64,000 bases of DNA from Calonectris borealis. Lineage: Eukaryota. Positions 13,441 through 26,630 of the stretch are shown in pieces. The first letter of the stretch is position 1. The number at the start of each line of letters is the position of its first letter. The stretch lies in assembly GCF_964195595.1 (NCBI RefSeq), contig NC_134312.1, forward strand, positions 201,153,140 to 201,217,139, in the 5' to 3' direction. A program made the position numbers and the translations under genes. The notes under the pieces were generated by a model. The model was not told where the DNA came from. It saw only the letters and a program-made list of their open reading frames with translations, and ran no database searches.

Positions 13441-16400
13441 GATTTTGGGAATGTTATTACTAATACTGGGTGAGAATAATTTTATGCTTAATTATAAGTG
13501 GCATCATTTTCATTCTTATGTAGTTTCTATTATGTGTTAAGAAAGTTCCATTCTTAATAGTGAACCTGCTAAACTGCATTTGTGGTAGCTACTATGAACA
13601 ATTTATAACACAACTACTTTTGTTTCGACTTTTGAAGAGCATCAAATTTTATACAAAGTGTTCTCAAGGATACTGTGTCCTTCCATCTCGGTCTCCCTTT
13701 GCAAACTTAGTCACAATAGGCTTACAAACAGAGTATATCCATTACTCTCATTATTGGAAAATTTAACTTGGGGGAAAAAAACACTTTGGAAAAGGAATCT
13801 GTATGTATGCTTTATTCATACCAGTATGAATGAATTTACCTTAACCATACTTCTACAGAAGAAAAGTTGTTGTGACATCTGTGTGTTCTACTGATCGTTA
13901 AAGTATCTTGCCATTGCAAGGAAGGAGACACTTGTGCAAGCTGGTGTAAAGCCTTCCACTGTGTAATGCATCGTTTTAAGTATACATTTCCTCCAATGGT
14001 TGCTTTGAATAGAAACAAGTCTGTTATCAATGATTAACTGTTTAATTAGGAGGCAAATACATGTTTTCCAGTGAAAATAATTGTTCACTTATAGTAGAGT
14101 AGTATGCATTTAAAAAGATTGCACATGAGTATTCTTGATAAATGTTTCACAGAATGATGAATTTGAAAAATGGGTATTTCCAACACAACTCAGGCTATAT
14201 TTCCTGTTTGAGTCTTAAGAGAAAACTGATGATAAAGCTATTAGGAAGCTTATTATGATTCAGATTTTGTCAGTCATGAAGGATGATGGAAAAGACCTAT
14301 TGGTTCTATTCCTGTAATGGCAAGAAAGTAGGGATATTTTTAGTTACTATTGCTTTTTTCCTGTGCAAAATAGTTGTAAAATATTAGTGTTCTGTTTTTA
14401 TCAGTTCACTCACATTTTCAGAAATAGGAATTACTAAAATTTATGTGCATGAATACTGATACTAAATTGTTTAAAAACTAATTTGAGATAACATAGTGCC
14501 CTAATTATATTGAAATGGTATGTACGTAGCTCAAAGCATGGAATGCAGGCAGCAGAGAGAGCATGTATGTGTTACTTCTTAATATAGCAGTGATGGTCTT
14601 GGTGAATTGAATTGTGAGCAAATGGGTAACAGGAAAATTGCAGCATTGCTGGCATTTTGGAAGTATGCTGTTATTTAAAATGCCAGTGTTATATGGTTTG
14701 AGATAGAGGTTGTTTTCATACAATTCAGGAGTTATCACATGTGTAGGTCCTCACTTGTGACATCTGTAACTACTGAGTATTTTCCTCTAGACTGTCTTTA
14801 ATGCTGCCCTTTTTTGCTCAACTTGAAATACATGCTACACTTCATAATGCAATAGTGAGTTAGGTTTAAAGTCTGAAATGCTTTCCCCTACTTGATATAT
14901 GTGTCATGTTACAGCACTCGTTCTTCAAAAAAAAACTTGCAACAGGTTTTACTTAGCATACTATTCCTAAAACTCAACATTTGGGAAAATTGCTGTTTTT
15001 CCACTAGGTGTAAACTAGTGTTTGCATATAGCAGCTACTTAAGCTCTCTGCTTTGGTGTACTGCATTCAGTTGAAAGCGCAGTTTACATCGGTGTCTAGT
15101 AAGATGTCTAAATATTAGATTACTTTTTTCTCATCTTTTCTGCCCTTGTGCATGGCGTTTTTTATGGGAAAGTATTGAGAAAGTACTGGTGTGAGTTGGT
15201 AATTCTAAACTGTAAAGCTGTAAGGGTTACATGTTTTCAATATAACTTGAATTAAATTCAAGAGGTCCTGTTCAGTTTTTCAAAGGAAAAGGCTGTGTCA
15301 TTCAGGCCTTTTGGCTAACTCTTGTATATTTGTTTAGATATATACACCCTCATCCTTGTAGTATCTGAGTATGTTTCAGAAGCACATTAAACATACCAAA
15401 TCTGCAAAAAGTGGCTCATTCTTTCCTTGCCAGCCCCATGCTATTTTAAGTGCGTTTGTTGCACTGCATTTTTGCTAGCAAGCAGAGGTATGTGTGTATG
15501 TGAAAGTCATTGTAGATTTTAATTAATAATAGTGATTTTCATTCCACGGTTGTGAGCTACCCTTCCTGTAAAACTCTGACTTGGATGGCTCTGCTGCATG
15601 GTAGCAGTGGATTTGTTTGCTGTCCTTATTGCAGAAGATCATCTAGTGTCTTTCTAAATATCCATGAACCAAGCCTTTAAGTCCTAAAAAATAAACACTG
15701 AAATGTTGAATTTGGGCACACATTAAAGATTGCATGAAGAATTCCTTTTGTAGCTGATGACAGGCTGACAAATTCTGCTCTTAATAAAAGCTTTCTTAAG
15801 GCTGCCTGTCCATGTTGGTTGTATACAACTTAACTGTAAAGGCAATGATTTTTGTTTTGCCATATGTGGTAGTAACTGACTCTAGCTATATGATAAACAC
15901 ATAATTTTGTTAGAAAAGGCATGGTCCCAATTTGTCTCCTAAAAATGGTATGTAGATGGAGCCAAGCAGCGTTTTTGCTTAAAGGTACTGCCCATGTGCT
16001 GGAAGCGATTAATTTTTCTTGTTCCTCATCTAGTTGATCGGTTTATAATTTTTTCTGTACACAGGTACTTAAGTTTTTAACTATCTATGGTCTGTTTGAC
16101 TAGAAAGCACAGTGAAGTCCTGACTCTTTCTGCTATATGCTGTGGTAAAACAAATTAGCTTGGAAAGGTTATGAATTTGACAACTACGGTGCACTTACTT
16201 TTGGTTGTACTTACTGAGTTTTTACATTATTCCTGAAATTTCAGTCTAAGCTGCTTAATTTTCATCTAGATACGGTTTTAATACTTAAAGATAGCAAAGC
16301 TTTACTGTTCCATTTAAGTAAAATAAACCACACCACCACCAGAACCTAGCTTGTCTAACTGCATTTGCATTTATCACCTCAGTCATTTGAAGGGGAGCTA

Positions 16401-19400
16401 TTGGGAACTTACAACCAAAATGAATTTTATTTTTTTGAGTTAACTTCTTTGTAGTTCTGTCTAGTGTGCTCATTAGATAAAGCACATTGATATCTTGGGA
16501 AACTTGGTGGCGATTCAAATATACTTAACTATTTATTTCCTAAGAAAAATACAAATTACTATGGATTACCTAGAAAGAAAATTCCTGACCTTAAGTTGTT
16601 TTATTTATTGTCCACATCTATTTTTTCCAATTGAACATAAAGATACGATAAACTGGAGACTTTTATTAGAACAAAAGTTTAACATAGATGGCAAGAAGAC
16701 AATGTGAACTAAATCTTATGTTAATTTAGTTTTAAGTGTAATCCAATCGGATTTTATAATACGCATTCTTTGAGGAGCATTCTGATCTAAAGTATACTGT
16801 CATATTGTAAATGTTATACCAAACTCATTTTCCCCCTTTTCCACTTTTGATTTCAGATTTTTTTAAAATAGAATAATCCGTAATTACAAATTCTTTTGAA
16901 AGGTACTAAATACAAATGCATTGACTTTTATGAAATACTGATTGTTAAATGGTCACGATCTGCCTTGAGATAACTTGGCTCAAAAATGCTGAAATAACCA
17001 GTGAAGGAAGATTCTCAAGTGAAAAACAAAACCCCTTAGGCCTTTCAAAGGGAGAATATACTTTGAGGTGAGATGTTCAGCAGATGAGTGGTGTGCTCTG
17101 ATGGCATGGAACTCATTTTACTTAAGCATGTTGTGGAAACTAATTTTTTGACATACTTCTTAATACATAATTTTTTGTATAACAAGTTGGATCATAATTC
17201 TTCCCTTCTCAGTGAAGACAGTCAAACTATAATTGAACTACTAAATGCCAGGGATGGCTGGGTAGCAACTGGTGGGGCCAGTTTACATTGGACCACAAAT
17301 GTGAATGGATTCTCAATCCTATTGCTGAGACTTGAAGTGGTGCATATCCATAGGTGGTTTTACAGAGTCTGCATCCAGCATCTCTTGTTAGCTTGTGCTT
17401 GGGGCCAAGACTGGAGGACTTGAGCACATATTTCAAATGCAATTTAATTGTGTTCTCAGAAACCCTGAATTTATTAATTTGGGCACTGTGCTGTCATTAA
17501 GATGCAGAACTATCTTGGGATTTGGTGCTTTCCTTGGGCTGTTAGTTCACTTCTAGGATGAAGGAATATCAGTCCAAACTTCCATGATTCTTGAATAGTG
17601 AGGACGGAGTGAGCGTGGCCTATGGAAAACACAGAGGTTGGACATTACTCCTTTAGATTATTGGCTATTCAGTGCTAGTTTAGTGGCTAATGTTGGACTG
17701 TATTATCCCAAAAGCATTTGCTTTCTTAAAAATACATGCAATGAAATGTGAGAACTTAATAGAAGGATGGACTAAAAAATTGCAATACTTGGTTCAGTAT
17801 AATTTTTCCTATTGGATTGGCTTTTTGTTGCCTTTTGGGATGTACTGTAAAATATACTTAGTCTTAGTAGGTGGTCTCACCAATTTGGTGTTTTGCTGTT
17901 ATGAAGAAATCTGTTTTGTTAATAGTTTTGGGTTTTTCCCCATAAAATATTTTAAAAATCACAGCTGTAGGCATTTCGGTTTGTTTTTACAGTAATCCAT
18001 GAAATACTGAAGTTAATAAAAATTAAGTTATCTATGTCTAAAATGTAAGTTGTAGAATAGATAAACTGAAAATTAAATTTTCATTAAAACAATACTTTTG
18101 ATGATTTTAAATGCATGGAAACAGGCCCTCAGTGTGTTCGTTTTCAATGGGATAGATTTAATAGGTCTTTTCCATCTTGAACTTCCTTAAGCTACTATGA
18201 AAATTAATATAATTGAAATTTGGAGGTATTCATATTAATGACCTCAGCCTGACTTCTAAAAGCAGTAAGAGATGGGTTTTTTCAGAAAAGGAGTTTAGAA
18301 CAGCAACCATTTTTTCCTAATTGAAGGAATTATTCAGAAAAGTTTTAAGTTCAGAGATAAGCATAGCATACTTACAGGTAAAACCATTTTAAAAAACTGC
18401 TCTCGTACAATGATTTTTTTTTTACCCAAATCACATTAAAAGAAAAAAAAAATACTTGTAAATGTGGGTAAAAACTTACTGATTTATATGTAGTCCCTCA
18501 AATAGAGGACAAAATGCTCATAATAAGAGTTACGAGATTCAAAAGGAACTTAACTGTGTTACTGCATGCACGTGTTGATAAGGTTTTTCTATTTGTTTTG
18601 GTAAATGGTTTGTCCAGAGCTTCTGTTGTTCCTAGTTTTACTAGTGTGCTTTTATATCTTAATTTCTGTAGAGTAAAGCATAGCTGTATAATTTGATTGA
18701 ATTTACATGCTAACTGTATGCGGGATGTTAAGTGCTTGACTTGAAAGCAGCACAGTGAGAATAAAGATACTGTTCTTGCCTTTAATTTCTCAGTTAAAAA
18801 AATTGCGTAGAACCTCAAACAGGAGTAAGTGTGAAGGGTCCTGTATATAAATTGAAAGAAGATGGGGGAGAGGGAATAAAGTAACATAATAAAAATGGGA
18901 AAAATATGGTTTAATTTTATATCTACAGCAGATTCACAAAAATAACTTTAAAGCTTGTTATATATGAAAACCATAAACTTAACTAATTTTTAATGGAAAA
19001 GATGGAAATACCAGTTACATTAATGTCTTGGATTTTTTTAAACTTTGAGTTTAGTGTTGTGCAGATGGCCAACGAATATCAGAACAACTGAAATGAATTA
19101 ATGGTCTAAAAAAATTTTAATATTCATGGGATGTAGGGTGGGGTCACTGCAGTTGGATGTTTATTCTATGTTGTTATGAAATTGTTCTGTAGGACTTGAT
19201 TTTTGTGGCTGAATACAGCAACTGTATACAGCGTACACACCTCATGTTGTCGTAAGTATGAAACAGCTGAATTTCAGGTTGTTAGCCTCTCATCAAACCA
19301 GTGAGAATCCAGTCTTACACCTATGTGTCATAGCCAGAGAAGCACCAAACAGAAGATGGTGTAAAGGAAATAAAATAGTGAATATTTATTAGTAATTATG

Positions 19401-19496
19401 GGATAGGATTAAGGTATTTTCGTTAGTTTTTTGCCTTAATTTCACTGTAATCCATTTTTTATTTATGTGAAAGGGAAAGTAATTTTATTCTTAGTG

Positions 19497-19612
19497 AATA
19501 TTTGAAAGAAAAAAAACCCCACCAAAACAAAACACCCCTCCCCCCAAAAAAAAACAAAACAAAAAAACCCAGTGACTAACCCCCCCCAAGCAAAACAAGT
19601 TTTCCCTCTTTA
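19497..19612. repeat. A/C-rich low-complexity tract (aaaacccc / caaaac motifs)
   Basis: aaaaaaaaccccaccaaaacaaaacacccctccccccaaaaaaaaacaaaacaaaaaaacccagtgactaaccccccccaagcaaaacaag. No purines other than A over about 100 nt. Confidence 0.9.
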
Positions 19613-22600
19613 AATGACTATGTACACTTGAGCAAGTTGGAAGAGGAAAAATAATAAATCTGAAAAGATGTAAAAGCCACGAGGATTTATTGTAATTCTT
19701 CTTGCAGCTGCTTGCTCTTGGTGTTTTGGGCATTTTAATGTGTTTCCTTTTTTAAAAGCTCCATTACTGTTCATTATTTGCTGTGAAAGAATTTATTCTG
19801 CAGTGCTGTTACTAAGCTTTAAATATTTTTATCTAGTGTAAAATTGCAGGAAAAAACCCTGCATAAACCAGCTATTGCAGCACTGTACAATGCAGTCTTT
19901 GAACTGCCAGCTGGAAGTGGTCTTTCAAAAGCTGCTTCCAAATGTTTTAAATATTTGTATGTTAATGGAAAATTTGAAATCTTTGCATATTTAAAGTAAT
20001 AATTCAATACATGCATTGCTGCAAATATGAATAGCCCTTTGCCCTCCTTGCTGCTTGGTCCTGCTTCCTGCTTGCTTTGTGCCACCCTTGCATCTCTGTG
20101 CCCATGGAGTGAGCAGGGCGAAAGAAACCCAGTGAAAATTACGGATTCTGCTCACTTCGGTGTGGAAGGAAAGAACAGCAAGGAGTGGGCAGTAGAGCAA
20201 GACTCTTCATAACTGTGCAGGCATAGGTTAGTTTGTGCTGTATCTACATGCCACTTAGAGAATGTAGTTTTATATATGTTCTCATTAAGTGAGCTAGATG
20301 ACTTTTCAGTACTTCCAAGAAATACATAGCTTAGAACAAATAGGTAAGAAATATGCTGAGGGCTTTAGATGACTGAATAGCACAGTTATGTTTTACATTC
20401 TTAGTGATAGTTGGCCCAAGAGGGCAAGTATTTGAAGTAAGGAAGAAAAAAAGGTACACTAAAATGTTGAGCCTAATTATATGTGAGCTTTATCTGTCTG
20501 TTCACTTTCTGCAGTTGCGAAGAATGCAAGCCATTAAAATACGGAAAATAGTGTTCTTCGTGATTTCTCATGATTTCTCCAGGAAGGATGATATACACAG
20601 TTACTCTAGAGAAGCAAAACTATTCACATGTACTTTTTCTTGGAAGAAAATATGTAAACTGTAATTACAAAGATGGGAAATGCTGTCTTTTAAAATGCTA
20701 ATATTCTTCATTCATTGATACAATAGCACTGCGTTGTTCCATATATTATGTTCCACTTAAGGGACAGACCATGTGAAAGGTAAGCTGCAGCTTCAGTTTT
20801 AATCAACTTCAAATCAACTTCAAAAGCCTTTTCCAGAAGGCAAAGAAGAAAAACTTTAATAATGAAACAGTAGTTCATCTTCAGTTTTGTTCAAATGTGG
20901 AACACTCTGTTCTAGAACTTCCAGCATTGTATCAGTAGGAGTTCCACATCTGACATTTTCAGAACCAGAGCTGTGCCAAATAATACAAATAAAGTTTCTG
21001 CCTTAGTGTGTGAAGAATGCAATTAATACATTTCAAAAACTGAATGTTCAGAGTTTTGAAAGAAAATGTATGAAATAATTGTCATACTGAATTACCAGTT
21101 TAAAAGTGAAAATTATGTCAACTTGGCAGTTGGGATGGCTATTCTTTTAGAATCATTTTGGTATATGTGCCAGTTTATTGTTGCCATGTTATGCTTTGTG
21201 TAGTTTTTGTAATATCACTTAATGCATGTTCAGCATCATTCTTGCATCACAGTTGTGTACAGTTTCATGTTTTATTCACACTGCTGAATGCAAATGTCTG
21301 TAGAAGGGGAGGGATACTAGAGATTTGTTTAGTATTACGTAACTTGTTTAGGAGGGTTTTTCATTGCTAAGCTTGCTTTCTGTTTTGTGTTCACTCTGCA
21401 TGTTTTTGTGCAAAATACGCTTTTTCTATTGCATATGGGGAAAAAGTAGCAAGTCATGAAAACGTGTTTATTAGTAAACGGAAGTCCTGGATGCCTCTTA
21501 CTGCTTCTAAAATGATGGCTGGCTCAGGAGAATAAAATCACTTGGTATACTTTCATGCATGATTTAATGTAGATTTTTTTCCTGCTCACTTCAGTATTAA
21601 TGTTAAAGATAAAAAAAATCTGAGTTTAGTTTCCATACATAATCTGGTTTTAATTATAAGCATTTATACAAAACAGTAAATTAATCACAAAGTACTTGAT
21701 GTTTGCTCTGCATAGTACTGTAACTCCCCAAAGTTGTATTAAACATAAAAAAAAAATTAGTTTGAGTTTCATCATTTTTAAAGTGAAACTTTAAAAATTG
21801 TATTGAGTGAGAATAAGCCAGTCCACTGGGGGGCGGGGGAAAGTATAAATCTGTGGAGAAATCTTGCTCTTGTTCTGAGTTGCATTATGTTACTGGGCAT
21901 GCATTTTTTTACTCTATAAATTGGGACCATTGTGCGAAACTGTTTGTTATAAAGACTTAACAAGAAATATAATTTGTCTTATTTTACCCAGTTATAAGTA
22001 TTAATTCATTGTTAGCATCTTAAAAATAGAATTGATTAGATTAGGCACATGTACTTTACTGGAGATGATGGCATGTAGTATGAATATCAGAAATAGGATA
22101 ATTCAAGTGATGGTAGTTACCAAAGACTGATAATATGTTGTGCCTTTAAGCCTAGTTGGATAAAAGCTGATATTGAGCATTATTCTTACTACCTTTGAAA
22201 TGAATTCTTTCATACATCTTTTTTTTCTTCCAGTTAACCATAAACCTGAATTTCCGAGGCGTCTGATATTTTTGGGAAATAAATACTGATTTTAAAACTC
22301 TGTGCCCAAAACCTTGATACTACATTTGCATTTCTGTTTTATTGCTGTAGTAGTCACAGAAGTTCTCACAGGTTTTAAAGTGTTCATCTAGGGGAGGGTA
22401 AAGGATTGATTATTGTATATTGCTTAATTCTTGAGGCCTCAGGTGGGAAAACTGGTAATGTAGAATCTTCATATTATGTTTAAAAAAAAAAAGAAAAGAA
22501 AATTGTTTAAAAATCTGTTATCTTCAAAACTGCCCAGTGTCAAGGAACCTGAGTGGTGTATCTTGAAAGAAGGTGGGGAAAACTGTATTTTACTAGACGT

Positions 22601-25600
22601 CTTGCATATTTAAGAAGTATTTGAGCTCTAAACCTTTCACTGGTCTGACGTTGAGGACATTGTGACTCAACCCTACCCTTCTGTTAGTATTATGGTGAAA
22701 ATTCTGCAAGCTTCTGTAAAGCTTTAGAAGTGATGTGAGGGTGTAATTTGACATACTGACTGTAGGACTGGGCCATATAATTTATCTTTGAAGGTTGCCA
22801 CTGGCCTGCTCTCGCTATCCTTATCCATTCCATTTAGGACTTTGTTTCCTATCTGTATTCCAGGTTTTCTTTTATTGTAAAAGGCTTTAACTTCTGCTGC
22901 TGATGTCGAAGATATGAGCTGTATAAAACTTTATTTGGGGGTTGTAATACTAAACTTGATGGAAATGGATAGAGAAAAGAATCGGATGTCAGATGTACAG
23001 TAAAAACAGTTCTTTATATGATTCGGCAAGTCAATTACATACTTCTCCATATGTGTTTTGTTATCATGTATGTATTCTTAACCTGTTGTGTCGTTAAAAA
23101 GGATTTATGGCTCTCCTGAGGGGAAAAAAAAAGACTTCGTTCTGGATTAATTTAATTTTAAAGTTTCTCTTTTGTGTAAATCAATACACAATAATTAAGT
23201 GACAGAATACATGAGAACTTAAAAAAATAGATAGGTAGCCTTTCTTGACTCATAGGTGTGTGCAAATACTAATATGGAAAAGTAAAAGTAGGTAAGTGCT
23301 CTTCATGGATTTACAGATGGGGAAGATAGTAATGTGGAAAAGCATGAGGATGTGGTTTGACCTCATCTTTCAGTTCGTTTCTTCTAAAAATTCAGAAGCT
23401 ACCACAGAATTAAAAACCCTAAATACGACTCTTGATAAACGTCATCTAAAATTCTTAAATATTGTTTTAGAGTTCTGCTATAAATGAAGCTAGTTCAATG
23501 TAAACATGCAAATAAAATACATGCTTTAATGGACAAAACAAGTCTGAAAGCCTGTGTTTCATTAAGATATGGAGAAGAGTAATGTTATTGTGGAGCTGGC
23601 GATATTTTCTCGTATTTTTAGTTTTTGTCTACATAATCTTAAAGGAACAGAGTTGGAACTTTAATGACGTGCAGGGAAAGGCTAAATATACAAGATAAAA
23701 TTGTGCAGGGAAAGGACTGAAGTTAAAATATGTATAACTTAATGTACTGATGCTTCCAATAGAGGACTTCTATCATGAGTTTAGAGAGCTCCTGCTTAAA
23801 AAGAAATGCTGCCCAAATCTGGTCCTGCTCTTACTGCAGAAAAATGCCATTTTTGCCTCGATCATGACAAAACAAGAATAGGACTATCGGGATTTAAGTT
23901 TATGAGGAACATAATTATCTTGCCACAGTGATAAATCTGAGTAGTTGAACAGTCAGCACCTAAGGTAGCTTGTCTGCTGATTGGGTACGTGTACAACTAC
24001 ATGACTGTCATAACCTTCCCAGGACTTTGAATATGGTAGTGCCTTCGGTTGTTTCAGCAGTTGCTTCAGCTCCCTCAGTTAACGAAGTTCCTTTATGGCT
24101 ACAAGGATGCTTTTCAAAGTCTTCATCTCTTCTGCTTAGGAAATAGCAGTCGCACGGTGGCAGCTATTGCAATTGGGGGTTGAGGGTGGTGTAGTCATGG
24201 AGCGCTTTAATCAGCATTTGTTCTTGCCAACTACAGTCGTCTTAGTTTACACCTTTTCAGTCATTGCAGCGTGCTTCCAAATGTTACCTTTCATGAATTA
24301 TACATGTATTCTTAATGAGGTATTGATCTGAGCAAGCTTGAGTAGAGACTAAATAAATACATAAAAATTTTTAAAAAATACAAACCAGTTACACTTGTAG
24401 TGTCAACAACACAAATTCCTTTGATATGAATCTGTTGGATGATTATTTCAGTCCGATTCCCTAATTTTGTAATAAAGATGCGAAGACCTAATTCTACCTC
24501 CAGGTGCTGAAGTTCATCTTTAAACTATTTGGATATCTGCATTTATTTTAGTTTACACAGTGTGGTGTAAACTATAATCACTGAAAATTTATGCATAAAT
24601 ATACTCTGTCAGAGCATACTCAGCAGTCAGATGCTGATCAGATGTGAGATTTTGCAGAGCTCAGAATGAAAGTAAGTTGACCAAAACAGGTTTTTAAATA
24701 AGATTGAAATAAAGTTACGAGAAGGCAAGAACAAGGTTGAGCAGAATAGGAGAGCAAACTGTGAGTTCTTTGAAGATGGTCCATAAAAAGTAGTGGAATA
24801 ATCTGATAACAGGTAAATGTTCCGTTAACCTTTCAAAGGAATTGATGCCTTGGTATGCAGAACTTCGGTTTGAAATGCGGACTTCATTGGAAAAGCTACT
24901 GCTTGCTTATGTGGAGTTTCTTTTCCAAGACATGGCAAATAATGTTTGTAGTGTGTTAGAATGGATGTTTTTTCCTTGTGTACATCAGAAGTCACAAACA
25001 GGTAACTGAAGTAACAACCTTCATGTTCTAGTTTGCGTTCATAACCATTTTCTCATTAATGTTGATATTTACAAATTTGTCACCTGACATAATTTTGATA
25101 ACTTATTTTTAACTGCATATTTTTAATGTGATAATTATAGTATGAGCTTGCATCTTGAAATCTGAATGAACCATGGTGAAAAATAGTGCCAACAGTCAGC
25201 CTCTTTGATTCAAAATATTTTAGTCTTGAATATGATGCCAGCTGACTGCCTTTGTACGTAAGATGATAACAAAAGGAAGTTCCCTGTTCCTTACCACGTG
25301 GCCTTGGCTTGTGGCCTTCCTGTGCAAAATGTGGTTTCATCATTAAGGCCTTTGTACTTTGTTGTTCTCAAGAGAAGAAGGTTGTAGCCAACTGGAGTGT
25401 CTTTTAAGGGGGGTGGTTGCTGGAAGGGTTAATTTTAATAGCATTCCTAACATACACTGAGAAATCTGTTATTCAAAGTTGAAATTATTCCTAATATCGT
25501 GCTTTTCAGTTCTCTTCATTACATGTTAGCAGGTGCTTCCTTATCTCTACGTATATGAGAGCTGAGGCTTAATGCCTTTTTTCATGTTTGATATTCACTT

Positions 25601-26344
25601 AGAAAGCTATTTCACTTTGGGTAGGAACAAAAACTTCATCTTACAGGTAGTAGCCACTTCTACGAAAATAAGGAAAGTAAAGTGGTAATAGAATGTTGAG
25701 ATAAATCGTACTTAGTGCAGCATTAGCAATATGACCAGTTGTGCAAGTGAAGGACAAATAGCCAAGTTTGAGTCCCAGCTTGCCAGACAGTGAAGCTTGT
25801 ACAACAGTAGCAAGTAGCGAATCTGTGCTCTTCAGTTTTATGCAGTTGAGTTCACCGCATAGTCTGCCTTAAAAATTTTCACAGGTTCCTTGGGGGTTTA
25901 TGCACAACTTTTAGCCCAGGTCTGAATAGTAGTCTGCTTAGACTGGGTAAGTGTAAGCTTGGTTTGTTGCAAGGACTAGCTATGTTGTATTGAAACAGAT
26001 CTGTAAATACCTTCATCTCTACAAAACACAAGTTTTCATGAGAAATGGTACCTTGCTTTGTGGTTTTTTTTCTTTTAAACGGGTAAGTATGTCAGTGGAC
26101 CAATATGTGGTAAAACATTTGCAGGATACCCTGCGGTTTGTTAATGCTGTTCTGTTGTCTTTGTCTTGAAATACAGATTCCATTTCCTGTGTATTTCAAA
26201 TCTAATGTAAGATTATTTTTTTCTGTACGGCTTTATTATGGTGGAAGCTAGAAGTTGGTGTTCTGTATTTGTCATGAAGTTATCAGAGATAAAAATTGCC
26301 ATCCAGCAGAGTTAGCATAGGAAGGAAATTACTTAATTGCACAA

Positions 26345-26630
26345 TGAATTACCGAATCTTTTGACAGGACCAGAGGCAATGGGCACAGACTGAAACACAG
26401 GAGGCTCTGTCTGAACATCAGGAAGCACATTTCTACTGTGAGGGTCGTTGAGCACTGGCACAGGTTGCCCAGGGAGGTTGTGGAGTCTCCATCCTTGGAG
26501 ATATCAAAAGCCATCTGGACATGGTCCTGGGCAGCCAACTCTAGGTGGCCCTGCTTGAGCAGCAGGGTTGGATCAGATGGTCTCTAGAGGTCCCTTCCAA
26601 CATTAATCCTTCTGTGATTCTGTCATCTAA
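26345..26630 (+). mobile_element. CR1 LINE 3'-terminal fragment (ORF2 C-terminus + 3' UTR)
   Basis: Encodes …[48 protein letters not shown]…, i.e. CR1 ORF2 end. Followed by the canonical tail …ggtctctagaggtcccttccaacattaatccttctgtgattctgtcatc. Confidence 0.85.

Noticed and set aside
17088-17423. 111-aa + ORF with a moderately GC-rich core (…ARDGWVATGGASLHWTTNVNG…)
   Set aside because: Possibly an unclassified repeat fragment, but I cannot match it to a family or to a gene. No support for a call.
19991-20212. GC-richer 200-bp block with overlapping ORFs on both strands (gccctttgccctccttgctgcttggtcctgcttcctgc…)
   Set aside because: Could be an LTR/ERV relic or a small CpG-poor GC island. I cannot assign a family from sequence alone and there is no coding evidence.
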